DNA from: an uncultured Acidimicrobiales bacterium
GTDB taxonomy: Bacteria; Actinomycetota; Acidimicrobiia; Acidimicrobiales; JANYDT01
Direction of reading: 5' to 3'
Assembly (NCBI GenBank): GCA_963763135.1
Contig: CAVXNJ010000012.1
Coordinates: 851,789 to 915,788 of the forward strand
Length of the DNA stretch: 64,000 bases
Shown here in pieces: positions 42,050 through 49,905 of this stretch (positions are counted from its first letter, which is position 1; each line of letters starts with the position of its first letter). Both the position numbers and the translations under genes were made by a program. The notes beneath the pieces are model-generated. The model was not told the DNA's origin and did no database searches. It saw nothing but the letters and a program-made list of their open reading frames with translations.

Positions 42050-42946
42050 TCAGTGTCCGCCGCCGACACAGTGCGGACCTTCTGCGGTCTGACCTGTCGT
42101 GTCGGTACCGTCGGCCGGACCCTGGCGTACGCCAGAGGTGTCGATGGTGACGACCCCATCGGTGACGGCCACGTCGAAGCGGTCGAGTCCGCGGGGAGCG
42201 GGACCGCCGCGGCGTTCGCCGACGCGGTTGTACTGCGAGCCGTGGCACGGACATTCGAACCACTGTGAGCTTTCGCACCACGGCACCTTGCAGCCGAGGT
42301 GGACACACTTCTGGTAAATACCGACAAGACCTTGTTCCATGCCGGCGTAGACGCCAGCCGAATAGACCTTCTGGGCCTTTTCGAGCACGGCTTTTTCCGT
42401 CGGATACGGGACGATGTAGCTACGGGCTTCGGCGAGGTACTTCGGGCCTTTGGAGGAGGTCAGCTCGTTTTTGATGTCGTCGAGTTTTCCGACGGTGACC
42501 TTGGCGCCGAATCCACCGCCAAGCGACGGCCACAGGAACGCCAGCACGGCGCCACCGAAACCGCCGAGACCGAGCAGCATCATGACGATCGTGCCCCGGT
42601 TGAGGAACTGGCGGCGGCTGACGCCGAGCTGTTCGTAGTCAAGCGGCGGACGAATGACATCGGGCAGGCTCGGTGCCGGGTTGGCAACGACTTCTTCAGA
42701 GATACCGCGACGTGCGAGGGCTACGGAACGCTCAGCGCTACGACCGCCCGGGGGCGGCGGAACCGAGGTGCCGGCTTTCGCCGCAGCGCGTTCAGCTTTG
42801 GCCCGGGCGCGGTCGCGTCGGACGGTTTCACGGGCCAGGAGCCCGGTGGCTGCATTGCGGTCGCTCTTGCGAGCGGTGACAACAAGAAAGCCGACGGCCG
42901 CGACAGCAATCACGGCGATGACGATTAGTAAGGCGATTCCACTCAT
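42050..42946 (-). CDS. qcrA: Rieske [2Fe-2S] subunit of a menaquinol:cytochrome c reductase
   Basis: CVHLGC and CPCHGS boxes. SRRQFLNRG twin-arginine-like motif before the second TM helix, plus an extra N-terminal TM helix. Confidence 0.88.
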   Translation of the reverse strand: MSGIALLIVIAVIAVAAVGFLVVTARKSDRNAATGLLARETVRRDRARAKAERAAAKAGTSVPPPPGGRSAERSVALARRGISEEVVANPAPSLPDVIRPPLDYEQLGVSRRQFLNRGTIVMMLLGLGGFGGAVLAFLWPSLGGGFGAKVTVGKLDDIKNELTSSKGPKYLAEARSYIVPYPTEKAVLEKAQKVYSAGVYAGMEQGLVGIYQKCVHLGCKVPWCESSQWFECPCHGSQYNRVGERRGGPAPRGLDRFDVAVTDGVVTIDTSGVRQGPADGTDTTGQTAEGPHCVGGGH

Positions 42947-42970
42947 GAGCGTTTCCTTAGTTCGAGGCTC

Positions 42971-43804
42971 TTAGAGCTCGAAGAAGATGCCTTCCCGCCA
43001 CGGGAAGATGAAGTTGTAACCAGGGCCTCGGAAGAACGAGCTGATGATCACGAGGACCGCCCAGAACATCAAGAAGATAGAGAACATCGAGATCGCAATC
43101 TTGCGATCCTCGGGCTTGTTCGACGGGTTCTTGTCGACGTAGGGCGACATGCCGAGGATGAACAGGCCCATACCGGGAATCGTCACGCCGGCCACCATCG
43201 GGTCGAACATCGTGAGCAGTTCCTGGAGACCGAGGAAGTACCAAGGGGCCTTCGCCGGGTTCGGTGTCTGGTTGTAGTTGGCGAGCGCGAGAAGCGGGGC
43301 ATTGACGAACGTCGAAAGCACCATCAACACGACCAGGCAGGCGAGCGCCGCAACGAATTCGCCGACCAACAGGTGGGGCCACGTACTGACCTTGTCGGTC
43401 GGAACGGCCTTCACGTCTTGGATGGACCCCGCCTTGACGACGGTGAGGAGCCGCTGCGTATGGCCATCGGGACCAACAAGCCCGGCCGTAGATGACGTGG
43501 CAAGCGCTCCGGCCGCGGCGGCCGCCGCACCGGTCGGTTTATCGAGAACGGCCACGCCACCCCCCGCCGGCGCTGCACCACCATCGGCAGCAGCCGCTTT
43601 CGCGGCCTTCGCGGCTTGGCTGCGGGCCAGAAGATGCGACGGGATCTTCCCGGTCTTCTCGGCTTCGGCGTAGCTCGCGGCAGCATCATCTGCTGCCGGC
43701 GCGCTGGCGGCGGGTGCCTCGGGCGCGGCGCCACCGGACTTCTCCGCCAGCTTGCGCGCTTTGGCCTCCGCGGACTTCCGCTTCATTTCTTCGAGATCAG
43801 CCAT
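42971..43804 (-). CDS. Cytochrome b C-terminal domain protein (b6f subunit IV-like) with Ala-rich N-terminal extension
   Basis: 277 aa. The last ~150 aa hold three TM helices and a Qo-site motif region, KAPWYFLGLQELL, corresponding to PEWYF of subunit IV. The first ~120 aa are A/K/E/P-rich low complexity. Confidence 0.8.
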   Translation of the reverse strand: MADLEEMKRKSAEAKARKLAEKSGGAAPEAPAASAPAADDAAASYAEAEKTGKIPSHLLARSQAAKAAKAAAADGGAAPAGGGVAVLDKPTGAAAAAAGALATSSTAGLVGPDGHTQRLLTVVKAGSIQDVKAVPTDKVSTWPHLLVGEFVAALACLVVLMVLSTFVNAPLLALANYNQTPNPAKAPWYFLGLQELLTMFDPMVAGVTIPGMGLFILGMSPYVDKNPSNKPEDRKIAISMFSIFLMFWAVLVIISSFFRGPGYNFIFPWREGIFFEL

Positions 43805-43850
43805 GGTTCTGCTCAGTTCTCACAATGGTTGGGAAATGGGAATCGCCGGA

Positions 43851-44624
43851 TCACAGAGGACCGGAGATACCGCCGTCTTTACGGACACGCCAGAAGTGGA
43901 TGGCCATGAAGATCACGATGACAAACGGGAACAACAACACGTGAAGCACGTACCAGCGCAGCAGTGTGTTCGTTCCGATCTCGACGCCGGACAGCAGCAC
44001 GAATCGCGCCTGGCCACCAAAGACCGGCGTGTAACCGATCATGTTGGTACCTACGGTCACGGCCCAAAGTGCCAACTGGTCCCACGGGAGGAGGTAGCCG
44101 GTGAAGGAAAGGAGGAGGGTCAGCGTCAGCAGGATCACGCCGATGATCCAGTTGAACTCACGGGGAGCCTTGTACGCCCCGTGGTAGAAGACGCGAGCCA
44201 TGTGCAAGAACACCGAGAGCACCATGAGGTGGGCACCCCATCTGTGCATATTTCGGACGAGCAGGCCGAACGACACCGCCGTGTGAAGCGTCTGGATGTC
44301 TTGCCATGCCAGGGCTTCGGTTGGCCGGTAGAAGAACATCAAGAAGATGCCGGTCACCGTGAGGATGATGAACAAGAAGAAGGACAAACCACCGAGGCAG
44401 AGCGTGTAGCTCACCTTGACGGCATGGCGCTTCACCTTCACCGGGTGAAGGTGGTACAGCAGCGAGTTCATGATGACGTAGCTGCGGTTACGGGGCGAGT
44501 CGCTGTAACCCTTACGGAAGATCGAGCCCGGGCGGAAGATCGAGTTCCAGGCTTGGCTGCCTTGAACTTTGTCTACGGTCTCGGCGAGTTTGGCACTCGG
44601 TCCTGGCTTCATTGGTGTTGCCAC
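43851..44624 (-). CDS. qcrB: Cytochrome b6-type protein (N-terminal four-helix cytochrome b domain)
   Basis: 257 aa. Helix B His pair (MHRWGAHLMVLSVFLH, i/i+14) and helix D His pair (LHVLLFPFVIVIFMAIH, i/i+15, the b6-type spacing). LCLGG matches the YCLGG of b6/Bacillus QcrB. Confidence 0.88.
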   Translation of the reverse strand: MATPMKPGPSAKLAETVDKVQGSQAWNSIFRPGSIFRKGYSDSPRNRSYVIMNSLLYHLHPVKVKRHAVKVSYTLCLGGLSFFLFIILTVTGIFLMFFYRPTEALAWQDIQTLHTAVSFGLLVRNMHRWGAHLMVLSVFLHMARVFYHGAYKAPREFNWIIGVILLTLTLLLSFTGYLLPWDQLALWAVTVGTNMIGYTPVFGGQARFVLLSGVEIGTNTLLRWYVLHVLLFPFVIVIFMAIHFWRVRKDGGISGPL

Positions 44625-44687
44625 AAGGTCTCCTGCAGTATTCGGTACAACGAAAAGAGTGGGGTAAGGGGGCCGACGGCGTAGCGC

Positions 44688-45047
44688 TTAGAAGCGCATC
44701 CCGTAGGAGTAGCCGTGTTTGTTGTCGCGCATGTGCTGGTCGCCGTCGCGTGGGGCGACGCCGGCCTTGCCCATGATGATCACGCCGGTCGGGCAGCGGT
44801 CCACACAGAGACCGCAGCGGGTACAGACGTCTTCGTCGACGACGAAGATCACGTGGTCATCGGGATCGGTACCCGGGGCGACCACATTCGTGGAGTCTTC
44901 AACCGTGCCCGCAGCCAGCATGTGAATGCACTTCCACGGACAGATGTCGACACAGCCCTCGCACATGATGCACTCGGACTGGTCAATGTGCAGGAACTGC
45001 TTGGGCTTGACGCTTTTGTTCAGCTCGTCGACCGTGATCTCCGCCAA
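44688..45047 (-). CDS. 2x[4Fe-4S] ferredoxin-domain protein; true start probably ATG 45100, with one base missing in a homopolymer
   Basis: CIMCEGCVDICP and CTRCGLCVDRCP motifs. The only in-frame start is TTG 45047, with no Shine-Dalgarno. An ATG at 45100 with GAGAAAGG 8 nt upstream joins this frame if the G6 run 45074-45079 were G7. Confidence 0.8.
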   Translation of the reverse strand: MAEITVDELNKSVKPKQFLHIDQSECIMCEGCVDICPWKCIHMLAAGTVEDSTNVVAPGTDPDDHVIFVVDEDVCTRCGLCVDRCPTGVIIMGKAGVAPRDGDQHMRDNKHGYSYGMRF

Positions 45048-45102
45048 CGTGTAATTGCCGGGGAAGTACGGGAGGGGGGACTCGCTTCGCTTTTCGCCAT
45101 GG

Positions 45103-45618
45103 TTAGGCCTTTCTCACCAGCGGACGACCGTAGGTCGAACTTGTTTCGAGTGCCTTGAGCTCAGCGGCCTTCTTGCCACGTCGCTGCCAACCGGTCCACA
45201 TGAAGCCGTGGATTCCGAGGAAGATGATGTACAGCGTCGCCGCGATGATGTCGCGGATCGTCTGCTTCGTGATCGTCACCTTGCCGCGGCCGCCAAAGTC
45301 GATTCCTTCGGGCCAGAGCACGTTCTTCGAATGACTGAAGAAGTTGCTTTCCCACGACTTCGGGGTGAGCCGACCCAGAGGGCCGATTGGGACACCCTTG
45401 ATATCGGAACGCCAATTCATCGTGTTGCCATTTGCCCACTTCAAGAATGTGTCGGGCACGATTCCGTAGGCGAGAACGAAGACCCAAAACAGCACCAAAC
45501 CGGCCACCATGGCCTCGCCCCAGGTCAACGGGGTGCCGAGAGGTCGCTTTTTGCCGTATGCCCAAATCGCCCCGACAGTGACGACGAGAGCAAGCATTGA
45601 TCCGAAGAACGCAACCAC
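45103..45618 (-). CDS. Small membrane protein of unknown function, first gene of the bc/nuo array
   Basis: 171 aa with about 3 TM helices (MLALVVTVGAIWAY, MVAGLVLFWVFVLAYGIV, IIAATLYIIFLGIHGFMW). No family recognised. Confidence 0.6.
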   Translation of the reverse strand: MVAFFGSMLALVVTVGAIWAYGKKRPLGTPLTWGEAMVAGLVLFWVFVLAYGIVPDTFLKWANGNTMNWRSDIKGVPIGPLGRLTPKSWESNFFSHSKNVLWPEGIDFGGRGKVTITKQTIRDIIAATLYIIFLGIHGFMWTGWQRRGKKAAELKALETSSTYGRPLVRKA

Positions 45619-45672
45619 TCGTTTGACCTATCTATCCTTGGATTCGGGCCAGCAGAACACGTTGTGAGCGCC

Positions 45673-45690
45673 TTGTGAAGCGGTTCACTA
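45673..45690. promoter_or_regulatory. Candidate Rex operator (ROP-like) in the divergent promoter region
   Basis: TTGTGAAgcggTTCACTA versus the Streptomyces-type Rex operator TTGTGAA-N4-TTCACAA (1 mismatch). An extra TTGTGAG half-site lies at 45662-45668. It sits 55 nt upstream of the first gene of the minus-strand array. Confidence 0.6.
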
Positions 45691-45948
45691 AGTCGGATCT
45701 GAGAGCCGGTGAAAATCTGACCTCCATTTCTACCACGGCCATTCGCCCCTAGGCCTAATCGTCGGGAGTAAACAAAGGTTCAAAGCGATCACAATTTACG
45801 ATCGTTCATCGTGGAGACTGCAGACACATTCACCGAACCGGAAGGAAACGCCAGGAATTGGAAAAGTTTCCTCAGTTCGGGTCCGTTGGTTAGGCCCTCC
45901 CGTGTTTCATCGCATAGATTCAGGGGGTTCAGATTTCCCGGAGGAACC

Positions 45949-46734
45949 GTGGCTGAGATTCCACAACACTTGCTCGACAAGGCCAAGGCGCGGCGCGCCT
46001 CCCTTGCCGGTGCGCCGATCGAAGAAAATTCCCCTGCCGTTCCGGCTGCCGCTGCAGCAGCGACGCCCGCCGCGGCCAAGGCCGCTGCCCCTGCCGCCGC
46101 TGGCGGTGGAGATGGTGGGGCTCGAACGCCCGCTGCGGGTGCAGCGGCGATACCGTCGACCCCGCCTCCACCCCGGGGCACCGGGTTCGCCAAGATGGGT
46201 TCGGTGTTTCTACTTGTGGCGGTGCCGCTTTGGGGCATCTTCATGTTCAACTCGTTCGCCAAGCCGTTCTCCAAGGTAGCTACGCCCGAACAGCAGGGTG
46301 CGACGCTGTTCGCGGCCAACTGCGTTTCGTGCCACCTCGCCAACGGTGCCGGTTGGGACGCCGGTGGTATTGGTCGCGCCCTTTACAACGGTGAAGCTGA
46401 GAAGACGTTCCCGGCGCCGCTCGACCAGGTGGCGTTTGTGAAGCGAGGCTCCTGCACGGCCGGCACCCCCTACGGCAACCCGAAGCGCGAGGGCGGCCAG
46501 CACATCGCTCAGCAAAAGGGCCTAATGCCTGCCTTCACCGGCGTGTTGACCGATGAGGAGATCCTCTACGTCGTTCAGTACGAACGATCGATTCTGCGAG
46601 ATGGCGGCGTATGGCCGCAGGACATTCTCGCCGCCGTCGGGGCCACCCCAGACCCCGCAAACGTGCCCGGCCAGCCCGTAGTGATCAACGCCGACGCACT
46701 CACCAAGGCTGTCGACGCCGTCTGTCCTTCCTGA
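45949..46734 (+). CDS. Membrane-anchored monohaem class I c-type cytochrome
   Basis: CVSCH haem motif and GLMPAF Met-ligand context. TM helix VFLLVAVPLWGIFMF preceded by an A/P-rich linker. Start taken at GTG 45949, after GGAGGA. Confidence 0.8.
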   Translation: MAEIPQHLLDKAKARRASLAGAPIEENSPAVPAAAAAATPAAAKAAAPAAAGGGDGGARTPAAGAAAIPSTPPPPRGTGFAKMGSVFLLVAVPLWGIFMFNSFAKPFSKVATPEQQGATLFAANCVSCHLANGAGWDAGGIGRALYNGEAEKTFPAPLDQVAFVKRGSCTAGTPYGNPKREGGQHIAQQKGLMPAFTGVLTDEEILYVVQYERSILRDGGVWPQDILAAVGATPDPANVPGQPVVINADALTKAVDAVCPS

Positions 46735-46757
46735 TCCCGCTTTACTGCTTCGGACTA

Positions 46758-46781
46758 CGCACCCCTTCGGGGGTGCGTTTT
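46758..46781 (+). terminator. Rho-independent terminator after the cytochrome c gene
   Basis: CGCACCCC-ttcg-GGGGTGCG followed by TTTT, 24 nt after the stop codon. Confidence 0.85.
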
Positions 46782-46966
46782 CGCGTCTGCGCATCGGAAT
46801 CTGACCGTCGAGCCGATGCGACGCGTATCCGCCAACCGTCCCGCAGTGACTCGGTTGGCTCACGACCGACCCTTTCAACCACATCCTTGCAACTACCCAC
46901 ATCCTTACAACTACATAGCGCGCCCTCGCCTACGCTGACTCTGTGGCCGACGACGAGGAATACGAC

Positions 46967-47299
46967 ATGCCGACGGACATGGTTTACCTGCCCGATGGCG
47001 AGCCCGACTGGGACACGTATTACGCGAACATTATCGGCACGGTCGAGCCAGAACCGATGCCTCCGACGCTGCTGCAGCGTTTTCGTGGCACCTCTCAGGT
47101 CGTCGGAGCAATCGGTCTCGGGATTCAGCGAGCGATCGAACCGCACAAGGTCAAGCAGGAAATTGTCGTGCAACGTGATGATTCCGGGGATCCTGACAAC
47201 CCCGATAAGGAACTCCACCTCGATTTCGACCCCGATGACCCGCGTCAAACGAGGGCGATCGTGCGCCCTCACAACCGGAAATCGACCGGCGACGAATAA
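46967..47299 (+). CDS. Acidic hypothetical protein
   Basis: 110 aa from ATG 46967 (GAGGAA 7 nt upstream); the ORF track starts at GTG 46943. No recognisable motif. Coding status rests on ORF length and Shine-Dalgarno only. Confidence 0.45.
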   Translation: MPTDMVYLPDGEPDWDTYYANIIGTVEPEPMPPTLLQRFRGTSQVVGAIGLGIQRAIEPHKVKQEIVVQRDDSGDPDNPDKELHLDFDPDDPRQTRAIVRPHNRKSTGDE

Positions 47300-47474
47300 C
47301 AAACGCTAGGTCCATCAGATATTCCGGGAGATTTTCCTTGACTGAGGAGTCTGAGAATCTGTACCGCCAACGTGACTCTCGCCTCACATCTTTCTCATCA
47401 CTCGGGCGTTAACTACTGATGTGAACTCAACTCTCCGAGTCACTGGCAATCAACAACTCAAAGGGGGTTCCTCG

Positions 47475-48203
47475 ATGGCCACTCTCACTTATCCCGCATA
47501 TCCCACGGTTCCTACACGGCTAGCGACGAGCTTTCCAGCCAACTCGACCGCCAGCTCTGCATCCAACGAAACACCCAGCCCCGCCCGCCGAGCCCGAGCT
47601 AAACGTGGCGACGGCGACCGGTTGCGAGACGAAATCCTCGACGCTGTCGATGCAATCCTCACCCGTACCGGCAAAGCCGACTCCGTATCCATCAGGGCAG
47701 TAGCCGAGCAGGTCGGCTGTACTCCTCCCGCCATCTACCTGCACTTTTTCGACAAGAACGAGTTGCTGTTCGAGGTCTGCACGCGCCGATTCCTCCAACT
47801 CAACGCCAAGATCGACGAAGCCACCAAGGACTTCACCGATCCCATTGAAGTTCTTGCCGCCGGAACTCGGGCCTACGTCGCTTTCGGACTCGCCCAACCC
47901 GAGTATTACCGCATCCTGTTCATGGGCAAGCCCATCCTCACCCCGGAGCAACTTGATGAACTCCGTTCGAGTGGCATCACCGGGCTCACGCAACTCGTCG
48001 AGCGTTGCCAGAACTGCATCGACGCAGGTGCCGTCCAGATGCGAAACGCCAAGCTCATGGCGTTCGGCATATGGGCTATCGCTCACGGAGTCGTGTCACT
48101 CATGATTTCCAAGCCGAATATCGAGTGGCCAAAGGTCGACGTGCTCCTCGGCCATCTTCTCGACACCCATCTGGCCGGACTCCGGGTCGCCCCGAGCGCA
48201 TAA
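47475..48203 (+). CDS. TetR/AcrR family transcriptional regulator
   Basis: HTH region DSVSIRAVAEQVGCTPPAIYLHFFDKNELL. ATG 47475 is preceded by AAGGGGG. Confidence 0.88.
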   Translation: MATLTYPAYPTVPTRLATSFPANSTASSASNETPSPARRARAKRGDGDRLRDEILDAVDAILTRTGKADSVSIRAVAEQVGCTPPAIYLHFFDKNELLFEVCTRRFLQLNAKIDEATKDFTDPIEVLAAGTRAYVAFGLAQPEYYRILFMGKPILTPEQLDELRSSGITGLTQLVERCQNCIDAGAVQMRNAKLMAFGIWAIAHGVVSLMISKPNIEWPKVDVLLGHLLDTHLAGLRVAPSA

Positions 48204-48260
48204 CGCCTTAGTCCGATCCAGCGTGCAGACCGGTTGCGAGCGTGGGGCTCGTACGGCCAA

Positions 48261-48291
48261 CCGAGTTGAGCATCCTATGCTCCTCGGTTTT
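48261..48291 (+). terminator. Rho-independent terminator after the TetR gene, nested in a larger inverted repeat
   Basis: CCGAGttGAGCATcctATGCTCCTCGG followed by TTTT. An outer 17-18 bp inverted repeat lies at 48219-48236 / 48292-48308. Confidence 0.7.
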
Positions 48292-48582
48292 CAACCGGCT
48301 GCACGCTGAATCGATTGTGGCGGGCCCAACTTCCGTTCCGCGTCGAGTTCCCCACAGGCGGCCCTCATCCGGTCTCGCTTCGTTCTCGCGGACATGCTGG
48401 CTGTTCGTTTATTCGCCGGCAAACAACACCGGATGCGATCGCGTGGTCCAGGGGGTCACCCGGTCGCATCCGGTTCGGCGTTAAGTTCGCTTATTTACTG
48501 AAATTTTGTATGCGTACTGAACGTATGCGTACTGAACATATGCGTAACACAGACGCTACGTCCCTGCCTGAATGGCCGACTG

Positions 48583-49905
48583 CTACAGGGTCTTGGCCAC
48601 GTTCGCCGCGGCGATGCCGGCAGCTTCGATTGTTCGATCGATGTCGGCGTCGGTATGAGCGAAACTCGGGAACAGGGCCTCGTAGGCGCCTGGCGCCATA
48701 GCAATGCCCTGCCGCAACATCTCATGGAAGAACGGCGCGTAGAGTCCGGCCTCGTTTGCCGCTTTCGCATCGTCGAAGTTCGTGACCGGAGTTGCACCAA
48801 GGTGGATGCCAACCAGTGTTCCGACGACCGGAACCTGAGCCGGGAGTCCACCACCGCGAATTGCTTCCTGCAAACCGGCCGCGAGCTTGTGAGCGGTGGC
48901 CGTGAGTGCCTCGTAACGATCGGGAGTGCACTGTTGCAGGACCGCCAGACCGGCCGCAGTTGCCATGGGGTTGCCGCTCAGGGTGCCGCCTTGATAGACG
49001 GGTCCGAGCGGAGCGAGATGAGACATGGTCTTGGTCGTGCCCCCGAACGCGCCGACCGGCATACCGCCACCGATGATCTTGCCGAACGCCCAAATATCGG
49101 GGATGACGCCCGACCACACCGTGGCACCACCGGCGCCGAGGCGAAATCCAGTGATGACTTCGTCGAACAACAACAGCGCACCCGCTGCATCGCAGGCCTT
49201 GCGGAGACCTTCCAAAAACCCAGGTGCCGGAGGAACGAGACCCATGTTTGCCGCAATCGGTTCGACCGCAACGACGGCGACATCTGATCCGATTTCGGGG
49301 ATCACGTTGAACGGTGCCACGACCGTGTCGGCTACCGCGCTCGGAGGAACTCCGTCGCTTCCCGGCAGTCCCTGATTTGCAACCCCGCTCCCACCCGCAG
49401 CGAGCAGCGAATCGGTGGCGCCGTGATAGCACCCGGCAAACTTGATGACTTTCGACCGTCCGGTGATCCCCCGCGCGAGCCGAATCGCGCTCATGGCCGC
49501 TTCGGTACCGCTAGAGCACATGCGGACCATTTCGATACCCGGTACACGCTCCATGATGGCTTCGGCCAAGAGGACTTCGCGGTACGTCGGCGCACCGAAC
49601 GTGCTGCCCTGCGTCGCCGCTTCCTGCATCGTCTCCACCACGAATGGGTCGGCGTGGCCGAGAATCGAGGCTCCGTAGGACTGGACGTAGTCGATGTACT
49701 CCCGACCTTCGACGTCCCATACGCGAGCGCCGAGGCCGCGGGCCACAAAGTAGGGCGTCCCGCCAACGCTGCGAAAAGCACGAACCGGTGAGTTGACTCC
49801 ACCGACAAGTACTTGCGAAGCCCGGGCGAAGAGCGACTCGTTGGTGGCGCCGAAACCGGTGCCGTCGGCCGTTGGTTTGGTGTTGGAACTGCTCGAAGTG
49901 CTCAT
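48583..49905 (-). CDS. hemL: Glutamate-1-semialdehyde 2,1-aminomutase
   Basis: 440 aa, class III aminotransferase with GSA-AM pattern (GGVNSPVRAF, YVQSYGASILGH, FDEVITGFR, GKIIGGGMPVGAFGG). Confidence 0.93.
   Translation of the reverse strand: MSTSSSSNTKPTADGTGFGATNESLFARASQVLVGGVNSPVRAFRSVGGTPYFVARGLGARVWDVEGREYIDYVQSYGASILGHADPFVVETMQEAATQGSTFGAPTYREVLLAEAIMERVPGIEMVRMCSSGTEAAMSAIRLARGITGRSKVIKFAGCYHGATDSLLAAGGSGVANQGLPGSDGVPPSAVADTVVAPFNVIPEIGSDVAVVAVEPIAANMGLVPPAPGFLEGLRKACDAAGALLLFDEVITGFRLGAGGATVWSGVIPDIWAFGKIIGGGMPVGAFGGTTKTMSHLAPLGPVYQGGTLSGNPMATAAGLAVLQQCTPDRYEALTATAHKLAAGLQEAIRGGGLPAQVPVVGTLVGIHLGATPVTNFDDAKAANEAGLYAPFFHEMLRQGIAMAPGAYEALFPSFAHTDADIDRTIEAAGIAAANVAKTL

Noticed and set aside
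45020-45100. 26-codon ORF (MAKSEASPPSRTSPAITRWRRSRSTS) as an independent small gene.
   Set aside because: It is more parsimoniously the true ferredoxin N-terminus displaced by a one-base indel in the G6 run (see the finding). After the run its sequence is Arg/Ser-rich and overlaps the ferredoxin frame.
45811-45948. Longer N-terminal extensions offered by the ORF track: cytochrome c from 45811, membrane protein from 57978, hemD from 55079, dapD from 54070, hemA from 57209, LAETG protein from 11425, nuoI from 19148.
   Set aside because: The extensions overlap neighbouring genes, operators or repeat elements, and they lack Shine-Dalgarno support. Internal starts fit homologue N-termini better.
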